Source: Burkholderiales bacterium
Lineage (GTDB): Bacteria > Pseudomonadota > Gammaproteobacteria > Burkholderiales > SG8-39
Assembly: GCA_035308765.1 (NCBI GenBank)
Contig: DATGGA010000021.1
Span: 41,894-105,893, forward strand
Reading direction: 5' to 3'
DNA: 64,000 bases
Of the stretch, positions 8,817 to 19,085 are shown in pieces. Position 1 is the first letter of the stretch. Each line of letters opens with the position of its first letter. The notes beneath the pieces were generated by a model. It did no database searches. It was not told where the DNA came from and was given only the letters and a program-made list of their open reading frames with translations. The position numbers and the translations under genes were made by a program.

Positions 8817-9638
8817 ATGAGCGGCAAGGAATTCGACCCGCAGCTGCAGAAGATGGACGAGGAGCTCGCCGGCTGGAACGAGCCGGCGGAGCGCTTGCGC
8901 GAGGCGCTGAAAAAGGACGAACTGGCGCTCTATTGCCAGCCGATTGCCGCGCTCACCGGAGCGGTGCGGTTCCCGATGGCCGAACTGCTGGTGCGGTTGC
9001 GGGAAGAAGAGAAGGCAATGCTGCCGCCGGGCGATTTCATCCCGGTCTTCGAACACTACGGCATGATGCCCGAACTGGATCGCTGGGTGGTGCATCAGGC
9101 CTTGCGCCACCTTGCGCGCGGTTCGATGGTCCCGCGCTTCGCGGTCAACCTCGCTACCCAAACGGTCGCAGACGCGGCGTTTCCCAAATCAGTAGCGATG
9201 GAGCTGGTGTCGGCGGGCATCTCGGGTACCGCGCTGCTGTTCGAGGTCAGCGAGGCGGATGTCCTCGCGCGCCTCGATGCGGTGATCAAATTTTCGACGG
9301 CGATCCGCGCCGTCGGTTGCGGCCTGGTGGTGTCCGGCTTCGGCCGCCGAACGGCGACCTTCATGCCGCTGAAAACCCTGCGGCCCGACTATGTGAAGGT
9401 CGACGGCGTCATCGTGCGCAAGCTGCTTACCGCGCCTTCGGCTGAAGCAAAGCTCAGGGCGATCCTGCGCGTAGGCGAAGTGATGGGCTACCAGGTCATC
9501 GCCGAGATGGTCGAAGAGCAGGACATCCTGCTGCGGCTGAAGGCGCTGGGCGTGGCCTACGCGCAGGGCTTCGGCATCACGCAGCCGCATCCGATCGAGC
9601 TGACCCAGCTAGCGCCCGGCTCCGTCCCAGGCGCCTGA
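8817..9638 (+). CDS. Stand-alone EAL-domain protein with degenerate metal-binding loop
   Basis: 273 aa from ATG 8817 (track ORF 8619.. trimmed). QPI, ELLVR (EAL variant), NLA, FEVSE, KVD, AEMVE and QG motifs are present. Canonical DDFGTG is replaced by SGFGRR (9333-9350). No sensor or TM domain. Confidence 0.8.
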   Translation: MSGKEFDPQLQKMDEELAGWNEPAERLREALKKDELALYCQPIAALTGAVRFPMAELLVRLREEEKAMLPPGDFIPVFEHYGMMPELDRWVVHQALRHLARGSMVPRFAVNLATQTVADAAFPKSVAMELVSAGISGTALLFEVSEADVLARLDAVIKFSTAIRAVGCGLVVSGFGRRTATFMPLKTLRPDYVKVDGVIVRKLLTAPSAEAKLRAILRVGEVMGYQVIAEMVEEQDILLRLKALGVAYAQGFGITQPHPIELTQLAPGSVPGA

Positions 9639-10538
9639 AATCATTGCCAGGCCGTGCGCGCCGGCGCGCCTTGCGTCGTCCAGGTCCGACGCGCGCAGAC
9701 CGCCGATCGCGTACACCGGGATCGAGGCGCCTTCGGCAATGCGCCTGAAACCGTTCCAGCCGAGCACGGGCACCCCGGGATGCGACGGCGTCGCCTTGAC
9801 CGGCCCCAGCACGACAAAATCCAATCCGATCGCCATGGCGTGCCCCAACTCCTGCACGGAGTGGCAGGAAGCTGCCATCAACGTGCAATTCGGCCCGCCC
9901 TCCGGCCGGGCGCGCAGCGTCATCAGCTGCTCGGCGCTGAAATGGATGCCGTCGACCGCCGGGCCGCCGTTGACGAGGACCTTGGCACCGTATTGCCTTG
10001 CCATGCGGGTTACCACGTAGATCAGCCGCGTGCGCTCCCAGTTATCCTTGTCCCGCACTTGGATCAGGCGCAGCCCGTCCTTCATCCGCGCCTCGACGCG
10101 GGCGAGTTGTTCCGCCGCACCCAGAGATTGCGCATCGGTGATCGCGTATTCAAGCGGCAACGCAAGCGAGGCGAGCACCGGACCGTTGGCGGGCAGCATC
10201 GGTTCGGCGATCGGCGCGTCCAGCCGCTGCCAGACAAACGCCTGCCCTTCCCTCGACTTCGGCTGGCCCGACCATTCCACGACGCGGAAGAAATGGAGCA
10301 TCACGGTCGCGTGCTCGTAGATGTGTGCGCGGGTGACCCAGGGGTAGGCACGCCGCACTTCGATGCCGAGCTCTTCACGGAGTTCCCTCGCGAGCGCGTT
10401 CGCCGCGGATTCGCCGACCTCGATTTTTCCTCCGGGAAATTCCCACCAGCCGGCGTAGACCTTGCCGGCGGGCCGCTGCGCGAGCAGAAAGCTGCCGTCG
10501 GGGCGCTCAATCACCGCCGCCGCGACTTCGACCGGCAT
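9609..10538 (-). CDS. Nudix hydrolase (MutT-like) fused to ThiE/TMP-synthase-like domain
   Basis: 309 aa. Nudix box GGKIEVGESAANALARELREELGI, then a TIM-barrel ThiE-like C-terminal half. Confidence 0.85.
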   Translation of the reverse strand: MPVEVAAAVIERPDGSFLLAQRPAGKVYAGWWEFPGGKIEVGESAANALARELREELGIEVRRAYPWVTRAHIYEHATVMLHFFRVVEWSGQPKSREGQAFVWQRLDAPIAEPMLPANGPVLASLALPLEYAITDAQSLGAAEQLARVEARMKDGLRLIQVRDKDNWERTRLIYVVTRMARQYGAKVLVNGGPAVDGIHFSAEQLMTLRARPEGGPNCTLMAASCHSVQELGHAMAIGLDFVVLGPVKATPSHPGVPVLGWNGFRRIAEGASIPVYAIGGLRASDLDDARRAGAHGLAMISGAWDGAGR

Positions 10539-10539
10539 G

Positions 10540-11391
10540 CTACTTCTTCTTGCTGTGTTTGCCCGCCCAGTCCCTGGCGAATTGGTAGGCGACGCGGCCG
10601 CTGCGCGAGCCGCGCTGCAGCGACCACTGCAGGGCTTCTTCCTTCGAGCCTTCGACCGCTTTTGCAGGACAGTCGAAGGACTTCAACCAGTGCGCGATGA
10701 TCGCAAGGTATTCGTCCTGGTCGAACGGATAGAACGAAACCCACAGGCCGAAGCGCTCCGACAGCGAAATCTTCTCCTCCACCGTCTCGCCCGGGTGGAT
10801 CTCGTCGCCGAGGTACCTGGTCTCGAGGTTCTCGGCCATGTACTCCGGCATCAGGTGGCGGCGGTTGGACGTGGCGTAGATCAGCATGTTCTCGGCGGTG
10901 GTCGAAATCGAGCCGTCGAGCGCGACCTTGAGCGCGATGTAGCCTTCCTCGGCACCATGGAAGGAGAGATCGTCGCAAAACACGAGAAAGCGCTCTGCGC
11001 GCCCAGCGACGCTGTCGACGATGGCCGGCAGGTCCGCGAGGTCGCTTTTCTCGACCTCGATCAGGCGCAGGCCCTGTTTGCTGTACTTGTTGAGCAGGCC
11101 TTTCACGATCGAACTCTTGCCGGTGCCGCGCGCCCCCGTGAGCAGCACGTTGTTCGCCGGCCGGCCCTCAAGGAACTGGCGCGTGTTCTGCTCCACCTTG
11201 CCGATCTGCGCCTGGATACCCTGCAGGTCCGACAGCTTCATGCGGTGCACGTAGCGCACCGGCTGCAGCCAGCCACCACGCGCGCCTCTGCGCCAGCGGA
11301 AAGCAATGCTCGCCTTCCAGTCGGTCGGCGGCGGTGGCGGCGGCAGCAGCTGCTCCAGCCGTTCCAGGATTTTCTGCAGGTCCTTGCTCAC
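10540..11391 (-). CDS. DUF815-type AAA ATPase
   Basis: Walker [13 protein letters not shown]. Start trimmed to GTG 11391 (GTGA overlap with the argJ stop). Contains a PPPPPP run. Confidence 0.8.
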   Translation of the reverse strand: MSKDLQKILERLEQLLPPPPPPTDWKASIAFRWRRGARGGWLQPVRYVHRMKLSDLQGIQAQIGKVEQNTRQFLEGRPANNVLLTGARGTGKSSIVKGLLNKYSKQGLRLIEVEKSDLADLPAIVDSVAGRAERFLVFCDDLSFHGAEEGYIALKVALDGSISTTAENMLIYATSNRRHLMPEYMAENLETRYLGDEIHPGETVEEKISLSERFGLWVSFYPFDQDEYLAIIAHWLKSFDCPAKAVEGSKEEALQWSLQRGSRSGRVAYQFARDWAGKHSKKK

Positions 11392-12599
11392 GACCGGTAC
11401 TCCGCGTTGATCTTGACGTAGTCGTAGGAAAAATCGCAGGTCCATACCGTGGCCGAGGCCTTGCCGCGGTTTAGGACTGCGCGCACCGTAAATTCCGGCT
11501 TCTTCATGGCCCGCGCGCCCTGCTCTTCCGTGTACAGCGCATCCCTGCCCCCCGAGCGCGCCGCGCGCACTTCGTCGATGTAGAGGTCGACCTTGTCCGT
11601 ATCGAGGTCACCGACGCCGCCATTGCCGATAGCGCAAAGTATGCGCCCGAGGTTGGGGTCGGAAGCGAAGAACGCGGTCTTCACCAGGGGCGAGTGCGCG
11701 ATCGCGTAGGCCACCCCGCGGCACTCCGCCATGCTGCGCCCCTTTTCCACGATCACCGTGACGAACTTGGTCGCGCCTTCGCCGTCGCGAACGATGGCCT
11801 GGGCCAACTTTCGGGCAACGAGGGTGATGGCTTGTTCCAGAATGGAAAGATCTTTCCTTGAAGAAACCGAAGGGCCCTTTCCCGTCGAGATCAGCATGAA
11901 CGAGTCGTTGGTGGAGGTATCCCCGTCCACCGTGACGCAATTGAACGATTTGTCGGCGACCGCCCTCACCATCCGGTTCAAGGCGCCGCCCGAAATCTTC
12001 GCATCGGTCGCGACGAAACCCAGCATGGTCGCCATATCCGGATGGATCATGCCGGAGCCCTTGGAAATCCCCGTAACCACCGCCTCGCCGCCGGAAAGCT
12101 TCACTTTTCTGGAGCAGGCTTTCGGCACCGTATCGGTGGTCATGATCGCTTCAGCCGCCGAGGCCCAGTTGTCGGCGCGCATGTCGGCGATGGCGGCCGG
12201 AATGCCGGCGACGATCCGGTCGACGGGCAACGGCTCCATGATCACGCCAGTTGAAAACGGCAGTATCCGGACCGCCTTGGTCCTCATTTTTTCCGCAACC
12301 GCCTGGCAAACCTTCAAGGCGCGCTGCAATCCGTCCTTGCCCGTTCCGGCATTTGCGTTGCCCGTATTTACGACCAATGCATTGACGGAATTCCTGAGAT
12401 GCTTCTTCGCCAGGATCACGGGAGCCGCGCAAAAGCGGTTTTTCGTGAACACGCCCGCCACGACAGCGCCGGGCGCCAGGCGCATCACCAGCAGGTCCTT
12501 GCAGTCCGGCTTCTTGATGCCCGCCATCGCAACGCCCAGTTCGACGCCGGGAACGGGGTGGAGCGACTTCGGATCGGGAGGCGGCAGATTCACCGCCAT
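11388..12599 (-). CDS. argJ: Bifunctional glutamate N-acetyltransferase / amino-acid acetyltransferase ArgJ
   Basis: N-terminus MAVNLP.... Autoprocessing site [11 protein letters not shown]. Start trimmed to ATG 12599, sharing 1 nt with the secA stop. Confidence 0.93.
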   Translation of the reverse strand: MAVNLPPPDPKSLHPVPGVELGVAMAGIKKPDCKDLLVMRLAPGAVVAGVFTKNRFCAAPVILAKKHLRNSVNALVVNTGNANAGTGKDGLQRALKVCQAVAEKMRTKAVRILPFSTGVIMEPLPVDRIVAGIPAAIADMRADNWASAAEAIMTTDTVPKACSRKVKLSGGEAVVTGISKGSGMIHPDMATMLGFVATDAKISGGALNRMVRAVADKSFNCVTVDGDTSTNDSFMLISTGKGPSVSSRKDLSILEQAITLVARKLAQAIVRDGEGATKFVTVIVEKGRSMAECRGVAYAIAHSPLVKTAFFASDPNLGRILCAIGNGGVGDLDTDKVDLYIDEVRAARSGGRDALYTEEQGARAMKKPEFTVRAVLNRGKASATVWTCDFSYDYVKINAEYRS

Positions 12600-15337
12600 C
12601 AGGCCAGTTTCCCGTGGCAATGCTTGTACTTCTTGCCCGAGCCGCAGGGGCAGGGATCATTGCGGCCGACTTTCTGCGCCGGGCGCGTCGCGGGCTGCGC
12701 GGCGGGCAGTCGCTTCTTGTCGCCATCGGTCCCGGCGAGCGCCTCTTCGTAGTCGGCGTGCTGCAGGCGCACGTTTTCCACATGCGGCTTGTCGTCGACC
12801 TGCGGCACTTCCTCAGCGGCGCGGATTTCCACCGTGGTCAGCGTCTTGATCACCTCGAGCTTGACGGCTTCGAGCATGGCGCCGAAAAGCTCGAAGGCTT
12901 CGCGCTTGTATTCCTGCTTCGGGTTCTTCTGTGCATAGCCGCGCAGGTGTATGCCCTGCCGCAGGTGATCCAGCGCCGCGAGGTGCTCGCGGTAGTGCGC
13001 GTCCAGGATCTGCAGCGTCACATAGCGTTCGTACTGGCGGAACGAGGCCCGCGCAGAGTCCGGGATCTTGGCTTTGTAGGCCTCGTCGGCACGTTGCGTG
13101 ATGCGTTCCAGCATGACCTCGTCGGTCAGCTCGGGCTCCTTCTCGAGCCAGTCCTTGATCGGCAGTTGCAGCCTCAACTCCGCGTTCAGCGCAGTCTCGA
13201 GGCCGGCGATGTCCCACTGCTCTTCGACGCTCTCCTCCGGTACGTACTGGCGGAAAAGATCAGTGGCCACTCCCGCGCGCAGGTCGGTAATCCGCGGCGA
13301 TACGTCGTCCGACTCCAGCAGCTCGTTGCGCAGCGCATAGATGGTTTTTCTTTGGTCGTTGGCGACGTCGTCGTACTCGAGCAGCTGCTTGCGCATGTCG
13401 AAGTTCCTCGCCTCGACCTTCCGCTGTGCGCTCTCGATCGAGCGCGTGACCATCGAATGCTCGATCGCCTCGCCCTCGGGCATCTTGAGCATCACCATGA
13501 TGCGGTTGATGCGGTCGCCCGCGAAGATGCGCAGCAGCGGATCCTCCAGCGCCATGAAGAAGCGCGAACTGCCCGGGTCGCCCTGGCGCCCGGAGCGGCC
13601 GCGCAGCTGGTTGTCCACGCGGCGCGACTCGTGGCGCTCGGTGCCGACGATATGTAATCCCCCCGCGCCTATCACCTTGTCGTGCAGCGACTGCCATTCG
13701 CCGCGCAGCTTCTCGACGCGCGCGAGCCTGTCGGCGTCGCTCAGGCCTTCGGTCGCCTCGACCAGCTCGACCTGCTTTTCGACGTTGCCGCCAAGCACGA
13801 TGTCCGTGCCGCGGCCGGCCATGTTGGTCGCGATGGTGACCATCTGGGGCCGTCCGGCCTGCGCCACGATCTCGGCCTCGCGCGCGTGCTGCTTGGCGTT
13901 CAGTACCTGGTGCGGCAGCTTTTCCTTCTCTAGCATCGCAGAGAGCAGCTCGGAATTCTCGATCGAGGTGGTACCCACCAGCACCGGCTGGCCGCGCTCG
14001 TAGCAGTCCTGGATCTCCTCGACGATCGCCTTGTTCTTTTCCTTGGAAGTGCGGTAGACCAGGTCCAGCCCGTCTTCGCGGATCATCTTCTTGTGCGTGG
14101 GCACGACAACCGTCTCCAGCCCGTAGATTTCCTGGAACTCGTAGGCCTCCGTATCCGCGGTGCCGGTCATGCCGGCGAGCTTGGTGTACATGCGGAAGTA
14201 GTTCTGGAACGTAATCGAGGCCAGCGTCTGGTTCTCGTTCTGGATCGCGACTTTCTCCTTCGCCTCGACAGCCTGGTGCAGGCCGTCGGACCAGCGCCGC
14301 CCCACCATCAGGCGCCCGGTGAATTCGTCGACGATGATCACCTCGCCATCCTGCACCACGTAGTGCTGGTCGCGGTGGAACAGGTAATGCGCGCGCAGCG
14401 CCGCATAGAGGTGGTGCACAAGATTGATGTACGCCGGCTCGTAGAGGCTCGCGCCCTGCGGCAGCAGGCCGACGCGCGCGAGGATTTCCTCGGCCTTCTG
14501 GTGCCCGGCTTCGGACAGCAGGACCTGGTGGTTCTTTTCGTCGACGAAGAAGTCGCCGGGCGGCTCGGGCTGGTCCTGCTTCTTCTCCTCTTTCTGCGGC
14601 GTGAGCAGCGGCGCCACGTCGTTCATCCGGTAGTAGACTTCGGTGCGGTCCTCCGCCTGCCCGGAAATGATGAGGGGCGTGCGCGCTTCATCGATCAGGA
14701 TGGAATCCACCTCGTCGACGATGCCGTAGGTGAGCTTCCTCTGGTATCGCTCTTCGACGCGCATCGCCATGTTGTCGCGCAGGTAGTCGAAGCCGAATTC
14801 GTTGTTGGTGCCGTACGTGATGTCCGCCCGGTAGGCATTGCGCTTGTCCTCCGGTTCCATCTGCGGAATGTTGACGCCCACCGTGAAGCCGAGAAAGCCG
14901 TACAGCTTCCCCATCCACTCGGCGTCGCGCTTCGCCAGGTAGTCGTTCACGGTAACGATATGCACGCCGTTGCCGGGGAGCGCGTTCAGGTAGGCGGGCA
15001 GGGTCGCGACCAGCGTCTTGCCTTCGCCCGTGCGCATCTCGGCGATCTTGCCGTCGTGCAGGACCATGCCGCCTACCAGCTGGACATCGAAGTGGCGCAT
15101 GCGCAGCGAGCGCTTGCCCGCTTCGCGCACCACTGCGAAGGCTTCGGGCAGGAGGTCGTCCAGCGTCGCGCCTTCGGCGAGGCGCCTCTTGAACTCGGCC
15201 GTCTTGCCCCGCAGCGCGCCGTCGGACAGCCTGGCGATCTCGGGCTCAAGCGTGTTGATGCGGGCGACGTTGCGCGAGTACTGCTTTAGCAGCCGGTCAT
15301 TGCGGCTGCCGAAGATTTTTGTGAGGACGTTGATCAT
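12599..15337 (-). CDS. secA: Preprotein translocase ATPase SecA
   Basis: 912 aa. Motor motif [20 protein letters not shown]-terminal zinc finger [14 protein letters not shown]. Confidence 0.98.
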   Translation of the reverse strand: MINVLTKIFGSRNDRLLKQYSRNVARINTLEPEIARLSDGALRGKTAEFKRRLAEGATLDDLLPEAFAVVREAGKRSLRMRHFDVQLVGGMVLHDGKIAEMRTGEGKTLVATLPAYLNALPGNGVHIVTVNDYLAKRDAEWMGKLYGFLGFTVGVNIPQMEPEDKRNAYRADITYGTNNEFGFDYLRDNMAMRVEERYQRKLTYGIVDEVDSILIDEARTPLIISGQAEDRTEVYYRMNDVAPLLTPQKEEKKQDQPEPPGDFFVDEKNHQVLLSEAGHQKAEEILARVGLLPQGASLYEPAYINLVHHLYAALRAHYLFHRDQHYVVQDGEVIIVDEFTGRLMVGRRWSDGLHQAVEAKEKVAIQNENQTLASITFQNYFRMYTKLAGMTGTADTEAYEFQEIYGLETVVVPTHKKMIREDGLDLVYRTSKEKNKAIVEEIQDCYERGQPVLVGTTSIENSELLSAMLEKEKLPHQVLNAKQHAREAEIVAQAGRPQMVTIATNMAGRGTDIVLGGNVEKQVELVEATEGLSDADRLARVEKLRGEWQSLHDKVIGAGGLHIVGTERHESRRVDNQLRGRSGRQGDPGSSRFFMALEDPLLRIFAGDRINRIMVMLKMPEGEAIEHSMVTRSIESAQRKVEARNFDMRKQLLEYDDVANDQRKTIYALRNELLESDDVSPRITDLRAGVATDLFRQYVPEESVEEQWDIAGLETALNAELRLQLPIKDWLEKEPELTDEVMLERITQRADEAYKAKIPDSARASFRQYERYVTLQILDAHYREHLAALDHLRQGIHLRGYAQKNPKQEYKREAFELFGAMLEAVKLEVIKTLTTVEIRAAEEVPQVDDKPHVENVRLQHADYEEALAGTDGDKKRLPAAQPATRPAQKVGRNDPCPCGSGKKYKHCHGKLA

Positions 15338-15412
15338 GAACGCGGGGGCGCGGGTGTTCTAACCCCCGGGAAAAATGCGATTTTAACATGCCGAGGCCGG
15401 CCCGGACTGGGT

Positions 15413-16384
15413 CTACTTGGCTTTCGCGAGCTGGCCGCCCAGCGTGCGGGTGTTTGGCATCTGCGGGTTCGCCGCGAGCAGGAATTTGATCGGGTTCTGC
15501 GCTGCGCCGTGGAAACGCACTTCGAAATGCAGGTGCGGCCCGGTGACGCGTCCCGTATTGCCGCTGTCGGCGATATGCCGGCCCCGCTGCACTATGTCGC
15601 CCTCTTTCACCAGTACCTTGGAAAGATGGGCGTAACGCGTTACCAGGTCGTTGCCGTGATCGATATCGATCATGTTGCCGTACTGCGGGTGGAAGCCGGC
15701 GAACTGCACCACGCCGCCGGCGGCCGCTACCACGGGCGTGCCGACATCGACAACGAAGTCGACGCCTTCATGCATCGCTTGCTGTCCGGTGAAGGGGTCG
15801 ATGCGCATGCCGAAAGTCGACGCGTTGTACTGCGCGTTCACCGGCATCATGGTTGGCATCGCTTTTTTACGCACGGTCTGTTCAAACAATTGGGCATCGA
15901 GCACGCCCAGCATGTCGCTGCGGTTTTCCATCTGCCGCGACAGATTGGCAACCCTCTGGTTGAATTCGGTGAACGTCAAATTCTGCGGCGGCATGGTCGT
16001 CGACGGTGCACCGCCCATCCCGGGTTTCTCGGAAAAGCGCAGGTCCGCCGGTTTGATGCCCGCCATGGCCGACAACCTCTCCCCCAGCGCATCCAGGCGG
16101 CTCAACTGTGCCTGCATTTCACCGATCTTCACTGCCATCGCGTTTAGATTCTGCTGCATGAATTCGCGCGAGCGATCGGACTCGCCCTGCTGTGCGGCGA
16201 GCACCATTTCGCGTACCAACGGGATTTTCAGATCGACGGCAAAACGCAGGCTGATCCAGTAGAGCGCGCCGGTCAGGCCGACAAGCACGATCAGCGCTAC
16301 GGCGGCCATGGCAAGCGCATGACGCGGCGAAAACGTCATCGAGCGCGCCTTTGCCAGCCGGCTGGAGATCAATATAACCTGCAC
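15413..16384 (-). CDS. M23/LytM family peptidoglycan metalloendopeptidase
   Basis: 323 aa. N-terminal TM helix. HEGVDF and GNTGRVTGPHLHFE zinc motifs. Alternative start at MTFSPRH (16339). Confidence 0.85.
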   Translation of the reverse strand: MQVILISSRLAKARSMTFSPRHALAMAAVALIVLVGLTGALYWISLRFAVDLKIPLVREMVLAAQQGESDRSREFMQQNLNAMAVKIGEMQAQLSRLDALGERLSAMAGIKPADLRFSEKPGMGGAPSTTMPPQNLTFTEFNQRVANLSRQMENRSDMLGVLDAQLFEQTVRKKAMPTMMPVNAQYNASTFGMRIDPFTGQQAMHEGVDFVVDVGTPVVAAAGGVVQFAGFHPQYGNMIDIDHGNDLVTRYAHLSKVLVKEGDIVQRGRHIADSGNTGRVTGPHLHFEVRFHGAAQNPIKFLLAANPQMPNTRTLGGQLAKAK

Positions 16385-16410
16385 GTTGCCTCCACTGAAC
16401 CCCTCTTCCC

Positions 16411-16884
16411 GTGCAACCCATCAAAGTCGGCAGACTGCTTGCGTCGGACGCCGGCCTGCAGCCGGTCATCGCAAAAGCGCGCCAAATCGGTGCGCTCTCG
16501 AAGCTCTGTTTTGACTTTCTGCCATCCGGGCTGGCCCGCCTGGTTCGGGCCATCAGCTTCAACGACCGCCCCAAGGATCGCCAGCTGGTACTGCTTGCCG
16601 CATCGCCCGCTGCGGCCGCCAAGCTGAAACTGCTGTCCGAGGCTCTATTAGCTTACATAGTCCAACACGGGGGGCAGGTTAATTCAGTTTCCGTGAGGGT
16701 GCAACCCGGCACGGCAGAGCCACCGGCAGACCTTGATCGCCGCCACGCGCGCCTGTCGCAGGGGGCGGTGGCCGCCCTTCAGGCCTTGTATCAGAAGCTT
16801 CCCGAGTCAGTCGCCAGAAAATCCCTGAAAACACTGCTGGATCATCAGCTTGTGAAAACCGGGGCGGGGGAAGAAAAAAGCTAG
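16411..16884 (+). CDS. DUF721 / DciA-like protein
   Basis: 157 aa, GTG start. Its size and its position between lpxC and the M23-secA unit match the DUF721 gene I recall at this position in betaproteobacteria (from memory, not searched). Weak motif support. Confidence 0.6.
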   Translation: MQPIKVGRLLASDAGLQPVIAKARQIGALSKLCFDFLPSGLARLVRAISFNDRPKDRQLVLLAASPAAAAKLKLLSEALLAYIVQHGGQVNSVSVRVQPGTAEPPADLDRRHARLSQGAVAALQALYQKLPESVARKSLKTLLDHQLVKTGAGEEKS

Positions 16885-17798
16885 GCGACGCCAGGGCGCA
16901 GCAGTCCGGCGACCCCGGCCGGTGCCTCCTCGGCGCGCTCGAAAGTAACCACCTCGGTCGCGGCAGGATCGGCAGCCAGTTCACGCAGCAACTGGTTGTT
17001 CAGGGCGTGCCCGGACTTGTGGGCGCTGAAGGCGGCAAGGAACGGTCGCCCGAGCAGGTACAGATCTCCGATGGCGTCGAGGATCTTATGGCGGATGAAC
17101 TCGTCGCCATAACGCAGCCCCTCCGCGTTAAGCACGCGGTGCTCGTCCAGCACCACGGCGTTCTCGAGCCCGCCGCCGAGCGCAAGGCCGCTCTGGCGCA
17201 GACTCTCGACCTCGTGCACGAAGCCGTAGGTGCGCGCACGCGCGACTTCCTTCAGGTAGGAGGTCACGGCGAAATCCACGGTCAGCGAGGTATTCGATTT
17301 CTCGATCACGGGATGGTCGTAGACGATCGAGAACGACAGCTTGAATCCCTCGTAGGGCTCGAGCACGGCCCACTTGTCGCCGTCCTTCGCCTCGATGCGC
17401 TTTTTCACGCGCAGGAAGCGCTTGGGCGCGCCCTGTTCCTCGATTCCCGCCTGCTGGATCAGCAACGCGAAGGGGGCTGCGCTGCCGTCCATGATCGGAA
17501 CCTCGGGCCCATCGAGGTCCACATAGACGTTGTCCACGCCGAGGCCGGCCAGCGCAGACATCAGGTGCTCGATGGTATAGATCTTGGTGCTACCGCTTAC
17601 CAGGCAGGAGCACAGCCTGGTCTCGCCCACCAGGTCGGCGCGCGCCGGAACGTCCGCAGCCGAGGGCAGGTCGATGCGCCGGAATACGACCCCGGTATCC
17701 GGTTGCGCCGGCCGCAGGGACATGCGCACTTTCTGGCCCGTATGCAGGCCTACGCCGGTGGCACTGACCAGCGATTTCAAGGTTCTTTGACGCAGCAT
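16881..17798 (-). CDS. lpxC: UDP-3-O-acyl-N-acetylglucosamine deacetylase
   Basis: 305 aa. MLRQRTLK...GVGLHTG N-terminus and [11 protein letters not shown] motif. Confidence 0.97.
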   Translation of the reverse strand: MLRQRTLKSLVSATGVGLHTGQKVRMSLRPAQPDTGVVFRRIDLPSAADVPARADLVGETRLCSCLVSGSTKIYTIEHLMSALAGLGVDNVYVDLDGPEVPIMDGSAAPFALLIQQAGIEEQGAPKRFLRVKKRIEAKDGDKWAVLEPYEGFKLSFSIVYDHPVIEKSNTSLTVDFAVTSYLKEVARARTYGFVHEVESLRQSGLALGGGLENAVVLDEHRVLNAEGLRYGDEFIRHKILDAIGDLYLLGRPFLAAFSAHKSGHALNNQLLRELAADPAATEVVTFERAEEAPAGVAGLLRPGVA

Positions 17799-17821
17799 AG
17801 TTGCGATTCTACCAAGCCGAC

Positions 17822-17870
17822 AGAGAAAAAATGGCTGCGCGCCCCCCCGGCAAGGGTGGAGGCGCGCAGC
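17822..17870 (-). terminator. Rho-independent terminator/attenuator between ftsZ and lpxC
   Basis: Perfect 10-bp GC stem GCTGCGCGCC (17834-17843) / GGCGCGCAGC (17861-17870). On the minus-strand transcript it is followed by CAUUUUUUCUCUG. Confidence 0.55.
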
Positions 17871-17885
17871 TTGTCCCGTCCTGCG

Positions 17886-19058
17886 CTAGTCCGCCTGCTT
17901 GCGCAGAAAGGCCGGGATGTCGTACTTCTCGACGCCGCTGTTGGCTAGCGCCTCGACCTGCGCGGCGCGATCGCGCTTGCGGAACACCGCCGGCGTATCA
18001 GACATCGCGTTGTAGTCCGGCGCCGCGCCCGGCATGGCCACCGCCTGATTGTCGGTTCCGGTCTTCTGCGACATCACCAGCTGCGGCTTCTGCTGGCGCG
18101 CGCCGAGCGGCTGGCCGAGACCGGTCGCGACCACCGTGACCCTGAGGTCATCGCCCAGCGCGTCGTCGTAGACGCCGCCGTAGATGATAGTCGCGTCGTC
18201 CGCAGCGAAGGCCCGGATGGTGTTCATCACTTCCTTGGTTTCGCGCAGCTTGAGGCTGGTGCGCGAAGCGGTGATGTTGACCAGGACCCCGCGCGCGCCT
18301 GCGAGGTTGACTCCTTCAAGCAAGGGACAGGCGATCGCCTGCTCGGCGGCAATGCGCGCCCGGTCGACGCCGCTGGAAGCGGCCGAACCCATCATCGCCA
18401 TGCCTTGCTCGGTCATCACCGTGCGCACGTCCTGGAAATCCACGTTCACCAGGCCGGGCTGGTTGATGATTTCGGCGATGCCGGCGACGGCGTTGTTCAG
18501 CACGTCGTCTGCGGCCTCGAATGCGTCCTCCTGCGTGACGTCGTCGCCCAGCACCTCCTCCAGCTTGTCGTTCAGGATCACGATCAGCGAATCGACGTGC
18601 GGGGCGAGTTCCTCTATGCCCTGCTCGGCGATCTTCATGCGCTTGGAGCCTTCCCAGGTGAAAGGCTTGGTGACCACCGCTACCGTGAGGATCCCGAGCG
18701 AGCGCGCCACTTCCGCGATCACGGGCCCCGCGCCGGTGCCGGTGCCGCCGCCCATGCCCGCGGTGATGAACACCATGTGCGCGCCCGCGATGGTTTCTTC
18801 CAGCCGGTCGCGGTCGGCGAGCGCCACCGTGCGCGCCTCTTCGGGCTTGGCCCCCGCCCCCAGCCCGCTGGTGCCGAGCTGAATCTGATTGCGCGCCTTG
18901 CTGCGGGCGAGCACCTGGGCATCGGTGTTCACTGCGAAAAACTCGACGCCTTCCACGCCCTGCTCGATCATGTGATCGACGGCATTGCCGCCCGCGCCGC
19001 CGACGCCGATCACCTTGATCACTGGCCCTGCTGAACCTTCATTTACGATTTCGAACAT
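17886..19058 (-). CDS. ftsZ: Cell division GTPase FtsZ
   Basis: 390 aa. Tubulin signature GMGGGTGTGAGP. Conserved C-terminal peptide DIPAFLRKQAD. Confidence 0.98.
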   Translation of the reverse strand: MFEIVNEGSAGPVIKVIGVGGAGGNAVDHMIEQGVEGVEFFAVNTDAQVLARSKARNQIQLGTSGLGAGAKPEEARTVALADRDRLEETIAGAHMVFITAGMGGGTGTGAGPVIAEVARSLGILTVAVVTKPFTWEGSKRMKIAEQGIEELAPHVDSLIVILNDKLEEVLGDDVTQEDAFEAADDVLNNAVAGIAEIINQPGLVNVDFQDVRTVMTEQGMAMMGSAASSGVDRARIAAEQAIACPLLEGVNLAGARGVLVNITASRTSLKLRETKEVMNTIRAFAADDATIIYGGVYDDALGDDLRVTVVATGLGQPLGARQQKPQLVMSQKTGTDNQAVAMPGAAPDYNAMSDTPAVFRKRDRAAQVEALANSGVEKYDIPAFLRKQAD

Positions 19059-19085
19059 TTTTTTCTCCTTGCCGGTTGGACCACG

